A DNA stretch of 64,000 bases from NCBI RefSeq assembly GCF_963921235.1, contig NC_086097.1:121212001-121276000 (forward strand), in the 5' to 3' direction. Source of the stretch: Mobula hypostoma. Taxonomy: Eukaryota. The notes under the pieces are model-generated. The model had not been told where the DNA came from, did not search any database, and was given only the letters and a program-made list of their open reading frames with translations. The position numbers and the translations under genes were made by a program. Shown here one piece after another: positions 57,948 through 64,000 of this stretch; position 1 is the stretch's first letter; each line of letters begins with the position of its first letter.

Positions 57948-60921
57948 CAGTACCCATAAAAAGTATTCCTCCCACCCCACCGCCTCCCGGAAGTTATCGT
58001 ATTTTATTGTTTTACAACAATGAATCACAGTAGATTTAATTTGGCTTTTTTGACACTGATCAACAGAAAAAGACTCTTTCGTGGCAAAGTGAAAACAGAT
58101 CTCTTCAAAGTGATATAAATTAGTTAAAAATATAAACACAAAATAATTGATTCAATAAGTAATCACCCTCCCCCGCTTTAATACGACACACCAAATCATC
58201 ACTGGTGCAGCTATTTGGTTTTAGAAGTCACATAATTAGTTAAATGGAGATCTGTGTGCAGTCAAAGTATTTCAATTGATTATTGTAAAAAGACACCTGT
58301 ATCTGGAAGGTCCAACTGCTGGTGAGTCAATACCCTGGCAAAAGCTACACCATGAAAATGTCACTCCGCTATTTAAGAAGGGGGCAAGGAAGCAAAAAGG
58401 AAATTATAGACCTGTTAGCTTGACATCGGTGTTTGGGAAGCTGTTGGAATTGATTGTCAAGGATGAGGTTACAGAGTACCTGGAGGCATATGACAAGATA
58501 GGCAGAACTCAGCATGGATTCCTTAAAGGAAAATCCTGCTTGACAAACCTATTACAATTTTTTGAGGAAATTACCAGTAGGCTAGACAAGGGAGATGCAG
58601 TGGATGTTGTATATTTGGATTTTCAGAAGGCCTTTGACAAGGTGCCATACATGAGACTACTTAACAAGATAAGAGCCCATGGAATTACGGGAAAGTTACA
58701 TACGTGGATAGAGCATTGGCTGATTGGCAGGAAACAGAGAGTGGGAATAAAGGGATCCTATTCTGGTTGGCTGCCGGTTACCAGTGGTGTTCCACAGGGG
58801 TCCGTGTTGGGGCCACTTCTTTTTACATTGCACATCAATGATTTGGATTATGAAATAGATGGCTTTGTGGCAAAGTTTGCTGATGATAGGAAGATCGGTG
58901 GAGGGGCTGGTAGTGCTGAGGAAACTGAGAGTCTGCAGAGAGATTTGGTTAGTTTGGAAGAATGGGCACAGAAGTGGCAAATAAACTACAATGTTGGAAA
59001 GTGTATGGTTATGCACTTTGGCAGAAGAAATAAACGGGCAGACTATTACTTAAATGGGGAAAGAATTCAAAGTTCTGAGATGCAACGGGACTTGGGAGTC
59101 CTCAGGACACCCTTAAGGTTGAGTTGGTGGTGAAGAAGGGGAATGCAATGTTGGCATTCATTTCTAGAGGAATAGAGTATAGGAGCAGGGATGTGATGTT
59201 GGGGCACTATAAGGCACTGGTGAGACCTCACTTGGAGTACTGTGGGCAGTTTTGGTCTCCTTATTTCAGAAAGGATGTGCTGAATTTGGAGAGGGTACAG
59301 AGAAGATTCACTCGAATGATTCCGGGAATGAGAGGGTTAACATATGAGGACCGTTTGTCCGCCCTTGGACTGTATTCCTTGGAGTTTAGAAGAATGAGGG
59401 GAGACCTCATAGAAACATTTCAAATGTTGAAAGACATGGACAGAGTGGATGTGGCAAAGTTGTTTCCCATGATGGGGGAGTCTAGTATGAGAGGGCATGA
59501 CTTCAGGATTGAAGGGCGCCCTTTCAGAACAGAAATGCAAAGAAATTTTTTTAGTCAGAGGGTGGTGAATCTATGGAATTTGTTGCCACAGGCAGCAGTG
59601 GAGGCCAAGTCATAGGGTGTATTTAAGACAGAGATTGATAGGTATCTGAGTAGCCAGGGCGTCAAAGGTTATGGTGAGAAGGCGGGGAAGTGGGACTAAA
59701 TAGGATAAAATGGATCAGCTCATGATAAAATGGCGGAGCAGACTCGATGAACCGAATGGCCGACTTCTGATCCTTTGTCTTATGGTCTTACGAAGACAAA
59801 AGAACACTCCAAGCAACTCTGTGAAAAGGTTATTGAAAAGCACAAGTCAGGAGATGGGTACAATAAAATTTCCAAGTCACTGAATATCCCTTGGAGTACA
59901 GTTAAGTCAATCATCAAGAAATGGAAAGAATATGGCACAGCTGTAAATCTGCCAACATTAGGTCGTCCTCAAAACCTGAGTGGCAGTGCAAGAAGTGGAC
60001 TGGTGAGGGTGCCACCAAGAGACCTATGATAGCTCCAGAGGAATTGCAAGCTTCAGTGGCTGAGATGGGAGAGACTGTACATGCAACTGTTGACCAGGTG
60101 CTTCACCAGTCGCAGCTTTATGGGAGAGTGGAAAAGAGAAAGCCAGTTGGAAAAAACTCATATGAAATCTCAGTTAGAGTTTGCCAGAAGGCATGTGGAA
60201 TACTCTGAAGTTAGCTGGAAGAAGGTTCTATGGTCTGATGAAACCAAAATTGAGTTTTTTGGCCATCAGACTAAACACTATGTTTACGCTAAGGCATAAG
60301 CCAAACACAGCACATCAAAAAAAGACCATCCCTACCATGAAGCATGGTGGTGGCTGCATCATACTGTGGGGATGCTTCACTGCAGCAGGCCCTGGAAGGC
60401 TCATGAAGGTAGAGGGTAAAATAAATGCAGCAAAATACAGGGAAATTTTGAAGGATCCAGTCTGCAAGAGAACTGCAACTTGGGAGAAGATTTGTTTTCC
60501 AGCAAGACAATGACCCCAAGCCTAAAGCCAAAGCTACACAGTAATGGCTTAAAACAGCAAAGTTAATGTCCTGGAGTGGCCAAGCCAGAACCCAGACCCT
60601 AATCCAATTGAGAATTTGTGGTCGGACTTGGAAAAAGCTGATAGAGATGAGAGAGGCTCAAGGCTGTAATCATTGCCAAAATGCATCTACTAAACATTAA
60701 CTTTAAGTGGGTGAATACTTATGCAATCAATCATTTTGTGATTTATATTTACAATTAATTTGGATCCCTTTGTAGAGATCTGTTTTCACTTTGACATGAA
60801 AGAGTCTTATTCTGTTGATCACTGTCAAAAAAGTCAAATAAAATTCTCTGTGATTCAATTTTGCAAAACAATAAAACTTGAAAATTTACCAGGGGGAGGG
60901 GGATACTTTTTATAGGCATTG
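57948..60921 (+). mobile_element. Tc1 transposon with long (~200 bp) TIRs, interrupted by CR1 at the start codon
   Basis: 57948-58170 is the inverted repeat of 60705-60921. Transposase [68 protein letters not shown]. Confidence 0.92.
58357..59789 (+). mobile_element. 5'-truncated CR1, same subfamily as 23183-25800
   Basis: ORFs 58276-59133 and 59124-59615; imperfect TSD ATGAA/ACGAA (58352-58356, 59790-59794). Confidence 0.93.
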
Positions 60922-62189
60922 TGCTATCCTGAAATTCATTTTCTTGCAAGAATTCACAGTAGAACAATGGAATACAATAGATGTAATGAAAAAGTACACA
61001 CAAAGACTGACAAACAACCAATATGCAAAAGAGACAAACTATGCAAATACAAACAAAAAACAAACAAATAAAGAAAGAAAGAATACCTAGAACATGAATT
61101 GTCGAGTCCTTTAAACTGAGTCTGTAGGTTGTGCAATCAGTTCAGTACAGAGGTGAGTGAAATTAACAATGTTGGTTCAGGAGCCCGATCACTTTGGAAT
61201 ATTTTCGAATCATCGGGGTCAAATTTTATGCCCTACTTGCTTTTCACGTATAGGCACAAGTTAATTTTGCAGAGAAGATTTAAGGTCAGTATTTAAAAGC
61301 AATCTAATTTCTAAATTACAGAATGTTCAAACCAGGTAGGGTAATGGAATGCAAGTTAGGCATAGTCAAGTAGACACTACTTAGCCCCTTAAGCTAGTTG
61401 AGTACCTTGCTCAAGTTACCTACAAGGAAAATTCTTTAACATGTTGGAGGCAGTGTCAGGCTGAGATCTAACAAGAGGAGGAAGACCCAGATTTTTCTGC
61501 CCAGAGGGGTAGTGTCTGTGATGTGATCATAGCATGATGTGTTGGATGCAAACCAGAATTTTAATAGAAAAATCAGAAGAAATGTCAAGTAGATACAAGA
61601 CAAAACCACAAACACATTGGATGCCTTTTGATGGTTGAACTAATACAGGCCAAATGGCCTTTCTCAACATTTAATTACTTCTGATTTCTTTTTCCTCAGC
61701 TGTTGGTCTTTTATCATTCACTTTATTTTTTTGGTTTATCTTTTGCTTTTTTACTTTAAGATACAGGTATACTCTTTTCTTTTATTCTGCAGTAGGATAT
61801 TAAATTTAGAGAACAGTTCAGATAACTCCAGTACAGAATATGACAAGAGCTTCATGCAAAGCTGCTGTATCATATGAAATAGCCACATTCATTATTTAAC
61901 TGCTGACTCTGCAGAACAGCGCATAAATTATATTTGACAACAGAGCAACTTAATGGAGAGATGTAAAGGGATGACCTACGCTAATTTAATAGAGTACTTA
62001 CTAAAATTTAGTATAATTATTCCTTCATCATTTCCATAACCACATCATTTTGCCTTTTAATCACGCAGGTGTACACCAGTTGGGCATGATTTCCTTTGTT
62101 ATGTATATGTGTTGTACTGATTTCATTTCATTAACCCTTAGAAATCTTCAGAAAGAATTAACACTGGAGAAGACTGGTGCCTGTATTGG

Positions 62190-62715
62190 AGAGCATGCCT
62201 TGTGAGGACAGATTGCCTTGACCAAGCTAGAAGCCAAGGAGGATTAAGGGCAACTTGATGGATGTGTACAAGAAGATAGAGGCATAGAGCGATTGGATAG
62301 TCAGAGACTTTTTCCTAGAGCAGAAAGGGCTAATACCAAGGGACATAATTTTAAGGTGACTGGAGGAAAATAAAGGGAGATGTCAGAGAGTGGATGGAGT
62401 GCACGGAGTCTAGGGGTGGTGGTAGACACAAAGACATTAGGAACACTCTTACTAGCTCTTCTTTCAGTTAGTCCTGATGAAGGGACTCGGCCCGAAACGT
62501 CGACTGTACCTCTTCCTATAGATGCTGCCTGGCCTGCTGCCTTCACCAGCAACTTTTATGTGTGTTGAGGGACATTTAAGAAATGCTTCGATAGGCACAT
62601 CGATGATAGAAAAATGGAGGGCTATGTAGGAGGGAATGGTTGGATTGAATTTCGAATTCGTTGAAAGATCAGCACAATATCATGAGCCAAAGGTCCTGTA
62701 TTATGTTCTATGTAC
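62190..62715 (+). mobile_element. decayed CR1 3' end containing a Penelope terminal-repeat fragment (~62445-62567)
   Basis: RRIKGNLMDVYK remnant; ACATTAGGAACA...AGGGACATTTAAG junctions. Confidence 0.7.
62469..62506 (+). ncRNA. minimal type-I hammerhead ribozyme
   Basis: UAGUC-CUGAUGA-A-GGG(ACUCGG)CCC-GAAAC-GUC-GACUG; predicted cleavage after C62501. Confidence 0.82.
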
Positions 62716-63689
62716 TAACTTATTGGGGTGAAAATACCCGGCAATCTCTAGACAACCTCAGTAACCTTCCAATTATTAATTCAGTCTTATGGAGTATTTT
62801 TCTGGAGATGTTAATGTACAGTCTTTGCTAGGTTAAAATATAGTGTGAAAGGCCGATCAACCCTGAAGCATAAAGACACCATGTAGAAGTTGTTTCAAGA
62901 TAGGAATAGATCAGGAATATTGGATTGATAAAAACCCTGAAGTTATATTCCTTCGGGATAGCTGGAGAAATTGCTTCTTTTTATCATCTGACAGAGAATG
63001 CTTGTTTCTGGTTCAGTTCAGTGCGCTATGAGGTAAGTTATGAGGCCAATGTGAGATCCACGTGCTTCTTCACAGATGAGGTGATTTAGTAGTAACTTGA
63101 GGTAAGGTGCTTCCTTCAATTGTTTTTAATGCATTTCTGAGCTCTCCCAGTTCAAATGATCGATTGATCGATAGATAGATAAATGAATTTATAGACCCCT
63201 TGCATGTGACTCTATACTGTCGGTTGCGGAGTCAGTTCAGCAGTTTCAGTTGTCTTGCTTCAGACGGCCGAAGCAACTAGTTGAAGATGTCAGTAAACAC
63301 TCACAATACCATCCTTGTGCTCCTTGTCTTCGAGTAGTCATGGGCCAGCTAGGCGTGCAACCAAAGCAACTTGCTCAAGGAAGCCAAATGACTTTAACCA
63401 ATGCTGCAGTTCTGGGATGTTGGCCAAGGCAAAGAGGTTAATACTGTTTCAATTTGCTTTGAGGATTTTGTGGAGAAAGCATTGATGGGATCGTCCCATT
63501 GTCTTGAGATTCCTACTGTAGGTAATCTGAGTCTCAGATTTCTATAGGTTTAGTGCTGTTTAGGGGAGCCTTGTGCCATGTTTGAGGACTTGAGAAAATG
63601 TAGTATGTTAAAGATTGGTGAACAGAGTACACAATTTACATCAGTTGTTCAAAAAATTTGCAAAAACCTAATGCCTGATAATGTCATTG

Positions 63690-64000
63690 ACATTAACCAA
63701 TACCATCTGAAATAGACAGCGGCCACTTTAAGATCATCGTGGGTTATTCAGCCTATGTGCTTGGAACTTCCTTCATAAGATTATACTAATCTTTTCTTTT
63801 GCTGAAATTTCCATCTGTGTTTCCAATTCCATATACCTTGATATTTTCAAAAGCATTTGTGGGGAAGGAATTACAAACTGCAACAAATTTATTTGTGAAA
63901 TGGACATTATTTTGGTTCCAAGAAGTCCTAGTAATTTTAAATTCTTGATGTTTTCCTTAAAAATTTTGTCACAGAACATTTTATCATTGTATACCTCATC
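63690..64000 (-). mobile_element. possible ancient L1/Tx1-type ORF2 relic
   Basis: ORF 63773-63979 (ISQINLLQ...ELETQMEIS) loosely resembles the fish L1 ORF2 C-terminal region; no splice signals seen. Confidence 0.3.

Noticed and set aside
1..64000. CRISPR arrays, operons, rRNA or genuine tRNA genes
   Set aside because: None seen. The DNA is eukaryotic, and tRNA-like A/B boxes occur only as decayed SINE heads.

Overview
Eukaryotic, repeat-dominated vertebrate DNA. The mix of HER1-like CR1 LINEs, HE1/V-SINEs, Penelope, RTE, Rex1/Babar, sushi-type Ty3/gypsy, Tc1 and Tigger elements points to a cartilaginous fish (shark/ray; inference). No host protein-coding gene can be established. Almost every ORF in the track is a transposon fragment or its antisense shadow, and only a few weak exon-like signals lie in the short unique stretches. 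The window is a deeply nested TE stack whose insertion order can be read from split reading frames and TSDs. The most interesting signals are RNA-level machinery inside the repeats: (i) minimal type-I hammerhead ribozymes in Penelope terminal repeats (two complete copies at 31922-31959 and 62469-62506, plus truncated and decayed ones); (ii) a complete sushi/PEG10-like LTR element (5954-11056) with a TATA box, an 11-nt LTR segment perfectly complementary to its PBS (Tf1-type tRNA-independent self-priming) and a -1 gag/pol frameshift junction; (iii) a non-autonomous Tigger family carrying a ~270-bp internal hairpin; (iv) an ATG-initiated 446-aa chimeric ORF fusing a Tc1 remnant to an uninterrupted Rex1 reverse transcriptase; (v) a ~110-bp locally templated insertion. 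Family names come from motif recognition, not database searches, and boundaries of decayed elements are approximate.
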